From Candidatus Latescibacterota bacterium (GTDB taxonomy: Bacteria; Latescibacterota; UBA2968; UBA8231): DNA of 64,000 nucleotides. The stretch spans positions 2,400,001 through 2,464,000 of the forward strand of contig CBDFJF010000001.1 in assembly GCA_965248265.1 (NCBI GenBank), read 5' to 3'. Below are positions 40,660 through 49,679 of this stretch, piece by piece. Under the pieces are notes generated by a model. It saw nothing but the letters and a program-made list of their open reading frames with translations, was not told where the DNA came from and did no database searches. A program made the translations under genes and the position numbers. How positions within the stretch are numbered: the stretch's first letter is position 1; every line of letters starts with the position of its first letter.

Positions 40660-41967
40660 TTATTTCCTCTGTCCAGGCCGCGAGGCATGGGGCTCGAACA
40701 ATCTGGCGCCAACGACCGCTTCGACCTGCGCCAGGCTCTTCTCAAAGGCCATGCGATGGCGGAAGTAGCCGATCTCGAAGTTCAGCAGGGATACCTGGCT
40801 GTTCAGCAGCGTCAGGAAATCGACTTTGTCGACCTGGTACCCCGCCATTGACGCACTGAGGGATTGTTCCGCCTGGGGAATGATGGCAGTCTTGAACAAG
40901 GCCGTTTGCTCCTGGTGCGCCTCGATGTCCACGGCAAGCTTTTGGATCTCCAGGAAAATCTGTTGCCGACGGGCCTCGAATTCAGCTTCGGCCGCGGTCC
41001 GGCGAGCACTCGTTTCTGCTGAGCGCTGATCCTGCTTGCTGCCTGTGTATAGCGGCAGATTCGCTGCCACGGCAACGGAGATGAAATCGCTGCCCCCGAC
41101 CGGATCGTTGGCGAAGCTGCGCTGACGATAGCTGACGCTCAAGTCGAAGTCGGGGCGGTAGTCGGCGCGCGCCAGATCCTCGGCCGCCTGCCAGTGCGCG
41201 ACTTGCGCGCGCAGCTGTCGCAGTGCAGGCCTGCGCTCCAGCGCCATCTGCTGCAGGTCCTCTGCCTCGTACGTGAAATGCGATACCAGCGGGGTCTCTA
41301 CTTCACCCAAAGGCCGTTGCGGTGATTGATTCAGCACCGTGTTCAACTCGGCCTCAGCGTGTCCGCGACGGCGCCGCAGCTGGATCAAGTCATCCTTCAG
41401 ACTCGATAGCGCGACCTGCGCCTTGAGCACGTCCTGCTGAAGACCGGTGCCGACGGCGTACTTGGTCTGGGCAATGTGTATTAGATCGCGCAGCAGGGCC
41501 TCGTTTTCACCGGTGATTTCGATCGCTCTGTCGAGAAAGGCCAGGGTGAAGTAGCTCTGCTTGACCAGGTTGACGATGACACCCTGTCGGTCCTGGTAAA
41601 TGGCCTCTGTCGCCAATGCCGTGTGCTCGGCCATGCGCTCACGAGCGTCGCGCTTGCCCCAATACGGCAGCCGTTGAGTCAGCATCAACTGGATTCCGCT
41701 CATAGGTGAGCTATCGAAATCGAGCTCGTTCAACGGCACGTTGCTGAAGTCCATGGTCAACATCGGATCTATCAATGCACCCGCTTGGGGAACACGGCGG
41801 CGCGCCGCTTCGACGCGCTCCCGCAATACGGTGAGACTCGGATTGCGCTCCAGTGCCTCCTCAATGAGTCCTTCCAGCGAGAGACGGGGCGTTTGTGCAT
41901 TCACCTGGATGCTCGAGAGCATCAGCGACACGACGGCGCAGATTGTGATGGTGAACTGTTGTGACAC
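40660..41967 (-). CDS. TolC/CusC-family outer membrane factor
   Basis: 'LIEEALERNP', OEP repeats; GGAGG RBS before GTG. Confidence 0.88.
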   Translation of the reverse strand: MSQQFTITICAVVSLMLSSIQVNAQTPRLSLEGLIEEALERNPSLTVLRERVEAARRRVPQAGALIDPMLTMDFSNVPLNELDFDSSPMSGIQLMLTQRLPYWGKRDARERMAEHTALATEAIYQDRQGVIVNLVKQSYFTLAFLDRAIEITGENEALLRDLIHIAQTKYAVGTGLQQDVLKAQVALSSLKDDLIQLRRRRGHAEAELNTVLNQSPQRPLGEVETPLVSHFTYEAEDLQQMALERRPALRQLRAQVAHWQAAEDLARADYRPDFDLSVSYRQRSFANDPVGGSDFISVAVAANLPLYTGSKQDQRSAETSARRTAAEAEFEARRQQIFLEIQKLAVDIEAHQEQTALFKTAIIPQAEQSLSASMAGYQVDKVDFLTLLNSQVSLLNFEIGYFRHRMAFEKSLAQVEAVVGARLFEPHASRPGQRK

Positions 41968-42174
41968 GGTGTTCCTCCCTCCTCCTGGCCTCTTTCCACA
42001 TCCTGAGAGTGGGATGGCTCATTGCCTTGCACGCACACCTTCGAGGTGACAGGTACACGCGTACGAATCCCAGTTGGGCGGATTACACGAATCCGGGGCA
42101 TTGTGGCCGCGGATTCCAGATGCAAGGTGTAGTCAGGTGTAATCTGGTATTGCCCTCGAAGAGAGGGCAATGGA

Positions 42175-42576
42175 TCAGATCAGAAGGGTGCGGTTGAGAA
42201 TGTGGAGCGGAGGTTTCACGATATCGGGCTCAGAATGCAGGTACCTATAGGCATCTGGTTGCCATCGAACCTCGATGCATTGGCTATGAGCGTACGGAAC
42301 GTCTGGGTCCCCTTTCGACGCCGTCGCTTCCGCGACATCGCCGGTGGCAACCACTTCCATCCCGAGGCATTGCGAGATTTCGGGACAGCAGCAGGGGTTC
42401 TGCAGGCGGACATCGGTTGCGGAGGAAGATCCGCTGTGGCACACTACTGCTGAATCGGACATCGAGCAACCACTTGCCGCATAGCCCAGATTGGCCTGAA
42501 GCGACAGACTCAGAATGAAGAACAGATAGGTCCCAAGTCGGAGAGTTTTGGTGTAATCTGGTCGTATCGCAATCAT
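42175..42576 (-). CDS. Small Cys-rich exported protein heading the cus-copA operon
   Basis: Hydrophobic N-terminus, 'GCSM', 'CH', 'PCCCP', C-terminus 'KPPLHILNRTLLI'. Confidence 0.6.
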   Translation of the reverse strand: MIAIRPDYTKTLRLGTYLFFILSLSLQANLGYAASGCSMSDSAVVCHSGSSSATDVRLQNPCCCPEISQCLGMEVVATGDVAEATASKGDPDVPYAHSQCIEVRWQPDAYRYLHSEPDIVKPPLHILNRTLLI

Positions 42577-42608
42577 CGTCAGGTTCCCATGAACATACGG
42601 CCGGCGTC

Positions 42609-44012
42609 CTATTTGGCAACCTCGTGCGCATCGATGTGGTATTTTGACAACAGCCGGTGCAGGGATCGCCGATCGATACCGCTGTGCTCGGCGGAACGAG
42701 AGATATTGCCCTTGAAGTTCTTCAGGACATCCGTGATGTAACGTCGCTCAAAGTCCTCGATCAACCGCTCCTTCGCGTCCTTGAAAGGCAGATCCAAGTA
42801 GTACTCCACCTGGGGCTCGGCCTCTCGGTCTCCGCTGCGCTTCACCGCTTCGGGAAGATCATCCACGGAGATGCTGTCGCCGCTGGCCAGGATCAACGCT
42901 CTCTCCAGCACGTTCTGAAGTTCGCGCACATTGCCGCGCCATTCGTGCGCCGTCATCAACTCCATCGCCGAGTCATCGATACCGACTGCCGGCTTTCTGT
43001 TTTTCTCAGCGAACACCTGCAGGTAGTGATTGGCCAATAGTATGATATCGTCACGGCGCTGTTTCAGTGGTGGTAAATGGATGGGAAAGGTGTTGATGCG
43101 GTAAAAGAGATCCTCGCGGAAATCACCTTCCTCGACGGCGAGATCCAGGTTCTGGTTCGTGGCGCAGATGAGGCGAAAGTCCGATTCGCGTTCCTGGTTG
43201 CTGCCCAGGCGCCGGAAGCTGCCGTCCTCCAGAGCGCGCAGAAACTTGACCTGCAACGTGTGCGGCAACTCCCCGATCTCGTCCAAGAAAAAAGTGCCGC
43301 CGTCGGCCTCCTCGAGCAGTCCGGGGCGCGACTTGGCCGCACCGGTAAACGCCCCTTTTTCGTAGCCGAAAATCTCACTCTCCACCAGGTTTTCCGGCAG
43401 CGCCCCGCAGTTGATCGGCACGAACGGCTTGCCGTGGCGGAAGCTGTTGGTGTGAATGCTGCGGGCGATCAGTTCCTTCCCAGTGCCGCTGGCTCCGGTG
43501 ATCAGCACATTGATATTACTGTCGGCGATTTTCTTGATCGACTCGAAGATCTGCACCATCGGAACGCTGCGGCCGATGATGTTGTCGAAACTGTACTCGC
43601 GGCCCAACTGCTCTTTCAGGCTGCGGTTCTCTTTTCGCAGTTCGCTGTCTTCCAGCACCCGCTCAACCACGATGGACAGGTGCTCGGGAGTGAACGGCTT
43701 CGGGATGAAATCGGCAGCTCCCAGTCGCATGGCCTCGACGGCGTCTTCGATGGTGCTGAACGCCGTCATCATCACCACGACGGTTTCCGGGCTCTCGGCC
43801 TTGACCTGCTTGAGCAACTCCATCCCACCCATCCCCGGCATCTTCAGATCGGTGAGAACGAGATCCGATGCATCCTGCCGGACGGTCTCTATGCCCTCCT
43901 CGCCCGAATGGGCCACGGCAGTGCGATACCCGTTGCCGTCGAGAAGCCGCTGACAGCTGGAGGCCAGGTCAGCCTCGTCGTCCACGATCACGATTCTGGG
44001 TGCATTAGCCAT
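42609..44012 (-). CDS. Sigma54-dependent response regulator (NtrC/AtoC/ZraR family)
   Basis: REC domain, GASGTGKE, ESEIFGYEKGAFTGA, FLDEIGE, WRGNVREL, Fis-type HTH. Confidence 0.96.
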   Translation of the reverse strand: MANAPRIVIVDDEADLASSCQRLLDGNGYRTAVAHSGEEGIETVRQDASDLVLTDLKMPGMGGMELLKQVKAESPETVVVMMTAFSTIEDAVEAMRLGAADFIPKPFTPEHLSIVVERVLEDSELRKENRSLKEQLGREYSFDNIIGRSVPMVQIFESIKKIADSNINVLITGASGTGKELIARSIHTNSFRHGKPFVPINCGALPENLVESEIFGYEKGAFTGAAKSRPGLLEEADGGTFFLDEIGELPHTLQVKFLRALEDGSFRRLGSNQERESDFRLICATNQNLDLAVEEGDFREDLFYRINTFPIHLPPLKQRRDDIILLANHYLQVFAEKNRKPAVGIDDSAMELMTAHEWRGNVRELQNVLERALILASGDSISVDDLPEAVKRSGDREAEPQVEYYLDLPFKDAKERLIEDFERRYITDVLKNFKGNISRSAEHSGIDRRSLHRLLSKYHIDAHEVAK

Positions 44013-44079
44013 ATAGCTTTCTCCCAGGTGGTGTTGAGGCGAGATTCATGAGTACACCCCTCCTTATGTCTTGCCTTGC

Positions 44080-44094
44080 GCAATCTCTGTGCCG
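44080..44094 (-). promoter_or_regulatory. Sigma54 (-24/-12) promoter of the activator gene
   Basis: CGGCACAGAGATTGC matches TGGCACRNNNNTTGC. Confidence 0.75.
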
Positions 44095-44184
44095 ACTGCC
44101 GAACCATGACACCTAACCAATTGTTTTTATTACCTATTTAGTTTGTATGGGCACATCCCAGCCACGCTCGCCACTATCATCAAC

Positions 44185-44222
44185 TGAGACAAGTATAGCC
44201 CAGGTGGGACATTGACGCCTCA
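44185..44222. promoter_or_regulatory. Tandem candidate enhancer (UAS) sites
   Basis: TGAGAC-AAGTAT-AGCCCA and TGGGAC-ATTGAC-GCCTCA. Confidence 0.6.
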
Positions 44223-44279
44223 CTGCAGTTCGGACTGGGGCCCAAATGATCGACATGTGAGGGACATTCGGGTTGTGCG

Positions 44280-46220
44280 TCAGCGACGTGCCTCCAGCGC
44301 CAGACGCACTTCGCCGAGAAGATCAGCAGGGGCAAACGGCTTTTGCAGCACGCGAAAACCCAGTTCGTTGACACGCTCCCATTCCACCCGTTCGTCCGTG
44401 TACCCGGTTACAAACAAGCAACGCAGGCCCGGTTTTTCCACTAGCAACTCGAAGACGAAGTCCGGACCCCGCCCATCCGGCAACACTATGTCGGTGAGTA
44501 CCAGGTCGAATCCCAACCCTTTGCTGTTCCATACTGCTCGGGCAGCCGCCAAGGAACCACAGGCGCTAACACTGTAACCCGTCTCCGTCAGGATTTTCTC
44601 TGCCCTGATGCGCAGGTCCTCGTTGTCTTCTATCACGAGTATGCGTTCGCCTCTGCCAACGTGATCGGCCATCGCTGCGTTGCCCTGGGAACTCGTTGCT
44701 CTCACCTCGTCATGAATGGCCGGCAGGAAAATGTCGAACTTCGTGCCCTCTCCCAGACGGCTTTTTACTTCTATCCAGCCCTCATGCCCTTCGACGATTC
44801 CGTAGACGACGGAGAGTCCCAGGCCCGTCCCCTTGCCAACCTCCTTCGTGGTGAAGAAGGGCTCAAAGATCCGCGCACTGGTCTCCTCATCCATGCCACA
44901 ACCCGTGTCGGTGATGGTCAAACGGCAGAACTGTCCTGGTGAAGCCTGCGTATGGGTCTGGCAGTGTTCGTCCGTCACTGTCACGTTTCGCGTCAGAACG
45001 GTCAGCTCCCCACCATCGGGCATGGCGTCGCGCGCGTTGACGCACAGGTTAATGACGATCTGGTCCATGTTGCCGGGGTCGGCGTTGATGAGATCCAGGT
45101 CCGCGGCCAGATCGATCGTCACCTCGATATGTTCGCCGAGCAACCGGCTCAGCATCTTCTGCAGCTCCTGGATATGGCCGTTCAAGCTCATCGGCTCGGG
45201 CTCCATGCGCTGCCGGCGACTGAACACGAGTAACTGGCGCGTCAGATCTGATGCCCGCAGCACGACCTTGCGAATTTTTTGCAGGTCTTCCCGCAAGGAG
45301 GTCTCTTCGGCTGCTGCGGCCAGCAGCATATCCACGTCGAACAGGATGATACCGAGTTGATTGTTGAAATCGTGAGCAACCCCGCCGGCCAATTGGCCGA
45401 TCGATTCCATTTTTTGTGCTTGCAGCAACTGACCCTGGAGACGCTTGTAATCGGTCACATCTTGACCGCAGGCAATCAAGCCGATCGGTTCGCCGTGAAT
45501 GCCTGTCAAGCGGTCTGAATTCCACGAAATGACGCGCTCGGTGCCGTCCCGGGTGGTAACCGGGTTTTCATAGGCGCGGGCCGGTCTTCCTGACAGAATC
45601 TGCTGCATCTCGACCTTCACTCGATCTCTCACAGCCGCCGGCAGGAAGCGCCCTACATAGTCGACACCCAGCGCTTCCTCGCGCTGAAATCCGTAGACCC
45701 TCTCCGCCTCGCGATTCCACTCGAGCACCTCGAATTTCGGGGAGAGGACGATGATGACCATGCCCGCGGCCTCGAAGACTGAACGCAGACGCTCTTCGCT
45801 GGTCCGTAGGGCCTCCTCCGCCTTTTTGCGTTCGGAGATATCCCGGATCACTCCCGTGAACTTGCGCCCCCCAGCATCCGCGTACTCACCCACAGCGAGA
45901 TCCATCGGGAAGGTCGTGCCATCTTTGCGCAGTCCGGTGACCTCACGCCCGATACCTATGATTTTTTTTTCACCACCGTCGACGTAGTTGCCGATGTAAC
46001 CGTCGTGTTCTCTTCGATATGGCTCTGGCATCAATACAGAAACGTTGCGGCCGATTACCTCCTTTGCACGATACCCGAAGATCAATTCCGCGGCCGGGTT
46101 GAACGACTCGATCATCCCTTGCTCGTCGATACTGATAATCCCTTCGACCACGTTCTCGACGACAGACCGATAACGGTCTTCCAATGAGCGATCTCCCGCT
46201 CGATCGTCAGGGGCAGTCAT
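44280..46220 (-). CDS. Hybrid histidine kinase: FixL-like heme PAS, second PAS, HisKA/HATPase and REC
   Basis: 'LMPEPYRREHDGYIGNY...IIGIGREVTGLRKDGTTFPMDLAVGE', AHDFNN, NARDAM, GTGLGL. Confidence 0.93.
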   Translation of the reverse strand: MTAPDDRAGDRSLEDRYRSVVENVVEGIISIDEQGMIESFNPAAELIFGYRAKEVIGRNVSVLMPEPYRREHDGYIGNYVDGGEKKIIGIGREVTGLRKDGTTFPMDLAVGEYADAGGRKFTGVIRDISERKKAEEALRTSEERLRSVFEAAGMVIIVLSPKFEVLEWNREAERVYGFQREEALGVDYVGRFLPAAVRDRVKVEMQQILSGRPARAYENPVTTRDGTERVISWNSDRLTGIHGEPIGLIACGQDVTDYKRLQGQLLQAQKMESIGQLAGGVAHDFNNQLGIILFDVDMLLAAAAEETSLREDLQKIRKVVLRASDLTRQLLVFSRRQRMEPEPMSLNGHIQELQKMLSRLLGEHIEVTIDLAADLDLINADPGNMDQIVINLCVNARDAMPDGGELTVLTRNVTVTDEHCQTHTQASPGQFCRLTITDTGCGMDEETSARIFEPFFTTKEVGKGTGLGLSVVYGIVEGHEGWIEVKSRLGEGTKFDIFLPAIHDEVRATSSQGNAAMADHVGRGERILVIEDNEDLRIRAEKILTETGYSVSACGSLAAARAVWNSKGLGFDLVLTDIVLPDGRGPDFVFELLVEKPGLRCLFVTGYTDERVEWERVNELGFRVLQKPFAPADLLGEVRLALEARR

Positions 46221-46377
46221 CAAAGCTTGCTCTGTTGAAAGCCAAAAGGCTCGTCGGAATCAGTCCGGACGAGCCCATATTCAGCCGGTGCTTGCGCATT
46301 GTTCTCACAATCGTCTTCCACGTGCGTGGGTTTAGCAGATCAATCGATCTGAGCTATCCCGACTATCCATAGCGCGT

Positions 46378-46392
46378 ACAATTCTCGTGCCG
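46378..46392 (-). promoter_or_regulatory. Possible sigma54 promoter upstream of the kinase
   Basis: CGGCACGAGAATTGT (GT instead of GC at -12). Confidence 0.4.
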
Positions 46393-46460
46393 GGCACGGG
46401 AAGCTGTCAAGGCTCCTGAGCCTCGGCGCGTGTAGTTTACGACGCAGCCGTTCAATCGAA

Positions 46461-47099
46461 TCAGGGCGTCAATCCAGGATTAGCCGGTTGCCGTCGTAGA
46501 ATGAGATCGAAGCCGACCATGAGTTCGTCGTGAACTCGTACCAGACCCAGGAAACGGCGGGGCGGATTCACGCCGAAGTTCGACATGCGGATCGGCGTAG
46601 CTCCGCTGGCGTGAATCCGACCGGCCTCGTCGCGGCTTCCCTCTACAACGAAGTCGATGCTGCGACGCTCTCCCGCAACACTCAGGTCGCCCCACACACG
46701 CAGGCGCCGGGATTCGCCGGAGTCTTCCATCTGCCCTGTCACGTTCCGCCCGGCGATGAAATCAAAGAGGATTTGTGGAAACTGTGCCGCATTGAGGGCT
46801 TTCTCGAGATCTCGCTCCATGCGTTCGTTGCCACAGTCGAAACCGTCCACGGGAATCGCGACGTTTACCGTGGCGTGCTCCCAGGTGATGGGTTCATCGA
46901 TTCGTCCGGGCGAGCCGTGCACGATAGCCGTAACGTCGTACCCGGCGGCATCGCAGTCGAAGCGGTTTACGTTAGAGCGCCCTTCGATCCACAGCCGACT
47001 GGCTTCGAGGGTGACGTACCTGTCAGCTTGCGCAGCCTGGCCAAGGCTCGTTATCCAAAGCGCTTGGAGCGTCAGGCACAGGAGGCGTCGTTTCGACAC
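46461..47099 (-). CDS. YceI-family protein
   Basis: 'SRLWIEGRSNVNRFDC', 'FDCGNERMERDL..AL...FPQI.F', 'MSNFGVNPP'. Confidence 0.85.
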   Translation of the reverse strand: MSKRRLLCLTLQALWITSLGQAAQADRYVTLEASRLWIEGRSNVNRFDCDAAGYDVTAIVHGSPGRIDEPITWEHATVNVAIPVDGFDCGNERMERDLEKALNAAQFPQILFDFIAGRNVTGQMEDSGESRRLRVWGDLSVAGERRSIDFVVEGSRDEAGRIHASGATPIRMSNFGVNPPRRFLGLVRVHDELMVGFDLILRRQPANPGLTP

Positions 47100-47103
47100 G
47101 GTG

Positions 47104-47691
47104 CTACTCCAGGGCGAGAGTGAAGTGCACGTCAACGATGTCCGCTGCCTTGATCGTGCCGAACATGGCTGTGGGCGGTTTGATGTCGAAGCTCGTCATG
47201 CGTAACGGCGTGCGCCCGGTGACAGTCAGATGCCCGTCGTCATCGAAGTACGCTGCCGCTTCGAGGTTGACTTCGCGCTCCACGCCGGCAGCAGAGACGA
47301 GCCCCTGTGCAGCGATCGTCGCGGTGTCGCCTGCCGCCTCGACGCGCGTTACTTCGGTGAGCTCGAAGGTAATGTCGGGATGCTTCTTCTGGCGCAGATG
47401 CTTGCGAATCCTGCCCGTCAGACCCCGGGTCTTGGAGGAGATCCCCTCTACCGGAAGGCGCATGACGAGACTCTGAAACATGCTTGGTGTCAGCTCGTCG
47501 ACCCGGCCGGCTTGGTATGCCGCAAGATTGAGCTTCACGTCGATTTCCGTGAACTCCGCACCCCAATCGTGGACGTTGGAAGTACCGGTGATGCGCACCA
47601 CGTGCAATTCGGTTTGGGTCAGGATCTCAGCAGTGGCGACGACGGCGAGGAAGACGACGAAAAAGGTGATGGGTGTGACAGATCGTGCCAT
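47104..47691 (-). CDS. YceI-family protein
   Basis: 'ITGTSNVHDW', 'HPDITF', 'MTSFDIKPPTAMFGTIK'. Confidence 0.87.
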   Translation of the reverse strand: MARSVTPITFFVVFLAVVATAEILTQTELHVVRITGTSNVHDWGAEFTEIDVKLNLAAYQAGRVDELTPSMFQSLVMRLPVEGISSKTRGLTGRIRKHLRQKKHPDITFELTEVTRVEAAGDTATIAAQGLVSAAGVEREVNLEAAAYFDDDGHLTVTGRTPLRMTSFDIKPPTAMFGTIKAADIVDVHFTLALE

Positions 47692-47702
47692 GATATATGC
47701 CC

Positions 47703-47739
47703 AAAAAAAAACCGGGCGGGCGTTGGGCTCCACCCGGTT
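47703..47739 (-). terminator. Intrinsic terminator between the OM-protein gene and the yceI genes
   Basis: CCGGGTGG...CCGCCCGG followed by T9 on the minus strand. Confidence 0.8.
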
Positions 47740-47755
47740 GATGAGTGCGGTCGGG

Positions 47756-49030
47756 TCAGAAGGCGACCGTGCTTTCCACCATGAACCCGTCGAAGCTGCC
47801 TCCATGGCGCAGATCCTCAGCGGGGAAATCGTTGTAGCCCTGATCCACGTACTCAGCCTTGATCAGGACGTTGTCCGTCACGAACCATCCGGTTCCCAGC
47901 TGGACGCGATCGATCGAAGCATCGCCGCCTCCCACCAGGTCCCCGGTCACTGTGTTGTAGCGGGCACCGATGTAAACCTTGTCCGCTTCTGTGAAGCGGT
48001 AGAGAATCTCAGCCGCGTACTGATTCCAGGTTCGGTCCGCACTCTCATTGGCGGCGCGGCCGTTGGCACGCTCGATGGTACCGAAGAACTCAAGGCCTCC
48101 TACCTGCACGAAGGGGTTTGCGACCATCGCCGTGACCTTACTGCGAAATCCGGGGTTGAAGCGGCCAGAGGTGAAGTTCGACGACGTTGAGGCATCCTCT
48201 CCTTCGAGCACCAGGTAATAGCGTGAGCCGCCGCGATCGCCGGAGTAGAGCGTGTTGTTCAGGCTCTTGCTCGTGGTGTAGGCAGACCCGGTGAGACGCA
48301 CCCGCAGATCGGGCCGGATCTCCCCGTCATAGCCGACCTTGCCGTAGAAGGAGGGAGCCCGGCCGTCGGGACGATCCACAGACCCCTTGATTTCTCCCCC
48401 CGTAATCGCACCCATGGCCAGCCAGCCGCTGTTGTGGTAGTAGACCTCGGCGCCGATCTCGGTGGTGAAGGCATCCATGATGAGGTTTCCCACCATGGGA
48501 TTGTACATTGCGTTGGCGTTGTCCGACCGGCGAAAGTGGGCGTCCCCGTAGTTGATCTCGAAGTGCCCCGCCTTCAAGGTCAGGTTTTCCATCAACCGGT
48601 CGATGGTTTGGTTGTTCAACACGGTCAGTTTGTCCACCTGCATGTACCCACCCTTGACCCAGGCGTCCGGGTGGTGACGGGACGACAGGTAGGTGATCAG
48701 ATTGACTCGAATCCCGTCGGCAAGCTGAACGTCCGTGTTCAGATTAGCCGTAGCGGTATTGAATCCGGCACCCAGTTCCACCAGTCCACCCGGGGTGTTG
48801 TTGTGATCGACCCCCTGGAACTGCTGGGTGAAAGCGGCGCCCCACTTGACAGTGACACCATCGAAAGGGACGGCGCTTTCGGTGGGAGGCTCGAACACGG
48901 TAATTCCCGTTTTGTCGTAGGGCCGTACGTACTGCACACCCTCGGTGGCCTGACCATGGGATGCGGCTGGGATCGCCACGGCGATCGATATCAGCGCGAC
49001 CTTGCGCAGGGTCGTCATTCGGGAGGACAT
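47756..49030 (-). CDS. Outer-membrane beta-barrel protein of unknown function
   Basis: Signal peptide, alternating beta-strand pattern, C-terminal Phe (ESTVAF); AGGAG RBS. Confidence 0.8.
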   Translation of the reverse strand: MSSRMTTLRKVALISIAVAIPAASHGQATEGVQYVRPYDKTGITVFEPPTESAVPFDGVTVKWGAAFTQQFQGVDHNNTPGGLVELGAGFNTATANLNTDVQLADGIRVNLITYLSSRHHPDAWVKGGYMQVDKLTVLNNQTIDRLMENLTLKAGHFEINYGDAHFRRSDNANAMYNPMVGNLIMDAFTTEIGAEVYYHNSGWLAMGAITGGEIKGSVDRPDGRAPSFYGKVGYDGEIRPDLRVRLTGSAYTTSKSLNNTLYSGDRGGSRYYLVLEGEDASTSSNFTSGRFNPGFRSKVTAMVANPFVQVGGLEFFGTIERANGRAANESADRTWNQYAAEILYRFTEADKVYIGARYNTVTGDLVGGGDASIDRVQLGTGWFVTDNVLIKAEYVDQGYNDFPAEDLRHGGSFDGFMVESTVAF

Positions 49031-49100
49031 GGCCAACTCCTTTCTGTGAACCCCCCGGTTGACCGAGGGGGATAGGGTTTCTGTCACTCACTCAATCTGT

Positions 49101-49116
49101 TGCAAGAGCTGTGCCT
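49101..49116 (-). promoter_or_regulatory. Sigma54 promoter of the OM protein-yceI-yceI cluster
   Basis: AGGCACAGCTCTTGCA. Confidence 0.75.
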
Positions 49117-49180
49117 GTCGAACAAAACCCAGATCTCAGAGAGTAGTTGCTGCAGAAAGGGCGGGAGTTACTGGTATGAA

Positions 49181-49217
49181 TGGGGGGTTCGTGTCCCACT
49201 GGGACGTACCTGTCCCT
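49181..49217. promoter_or_regulatory. Tandem candidate enhancer (UAS) sites
   Basis: TGGGGG-GTTCGT-GTCCCA and TGGGAC-GTACCT-GTCCCT. Confidence 0.6.
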
Positions 49218-49302
49218 GCTCGGGCGGGATCCGAGTGTCCGTTATTCCAGTTTACAGCGACGTGGTACGCAGCCGCCGCGCTTCTTTCTTCACCCGAAAG
49301 AC

Positions 49303-49338
49303 AAAAGGCCCGTCCGAGTCGAGCGGACGAGCCTTTTT
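49303..49338 (-). terminator. Intrinsic terminator after the molybdoenzyme-moaD operon
   Basis: Minus strand GGCTCGTCCG/CGGACGGGCC (one G-U pair) followed by TTTT; A/T runs on both sides. Confidence 0.85.
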
Positions 49339-49378
49339 CTCAATAAATGCGCTATGGCGTTTACCTACACCATCTCAC

Positions 49379-49654
49379 TCACACCCCTCCCCCACTCATG
49401 GCGGGCAGGAAGTGGAGCTCACTCGACTCGCCCACCTTCTTACGCAGTCCCTCTCGGGTGATCTCTCCATCGACCGCAACGGCGATCACCGTCTTGATCT
49501 TGTCCTCTTCCTCGTCGACGAGGCGCGCCCACATACCGGGATACGATTCCTCCAGCTCGGTGATAATCTCGCGAACTGTGGTTCCCTTGACCTCGATCTG
49601 TTGTTGCCCCTGCGTCAGCTTCTGCATCAGAGGCGGTATCCACACGGTTGGCAT
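49379..49654 (-). CDS. MoaD/ThiS-family sulfur-carrier protein
   Basis: Ubiquitin-like pattern 'TVREII..LE..YPG', 'VAVDG', C-terminus PAMSGGGV. Confidence 0.88.
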   Translation of the reverse strand: MPTVWIPPLMQKLTQGQQQIEVKGTTVREIITELEESYPGMWARLVDEEEDKIKTVIAVAVDGEITREGLRKKVGESSELHFLPAMSGGGV

Positions 49655-49679
49655 GTAGCGACGACCAGAGTCGATCGAT

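Noticed and set aside
21500-49300. Metal-resistance genomic island
   Set aside because: No integrase, transposase, tRNA, flanking repeats or evident compositional shift.
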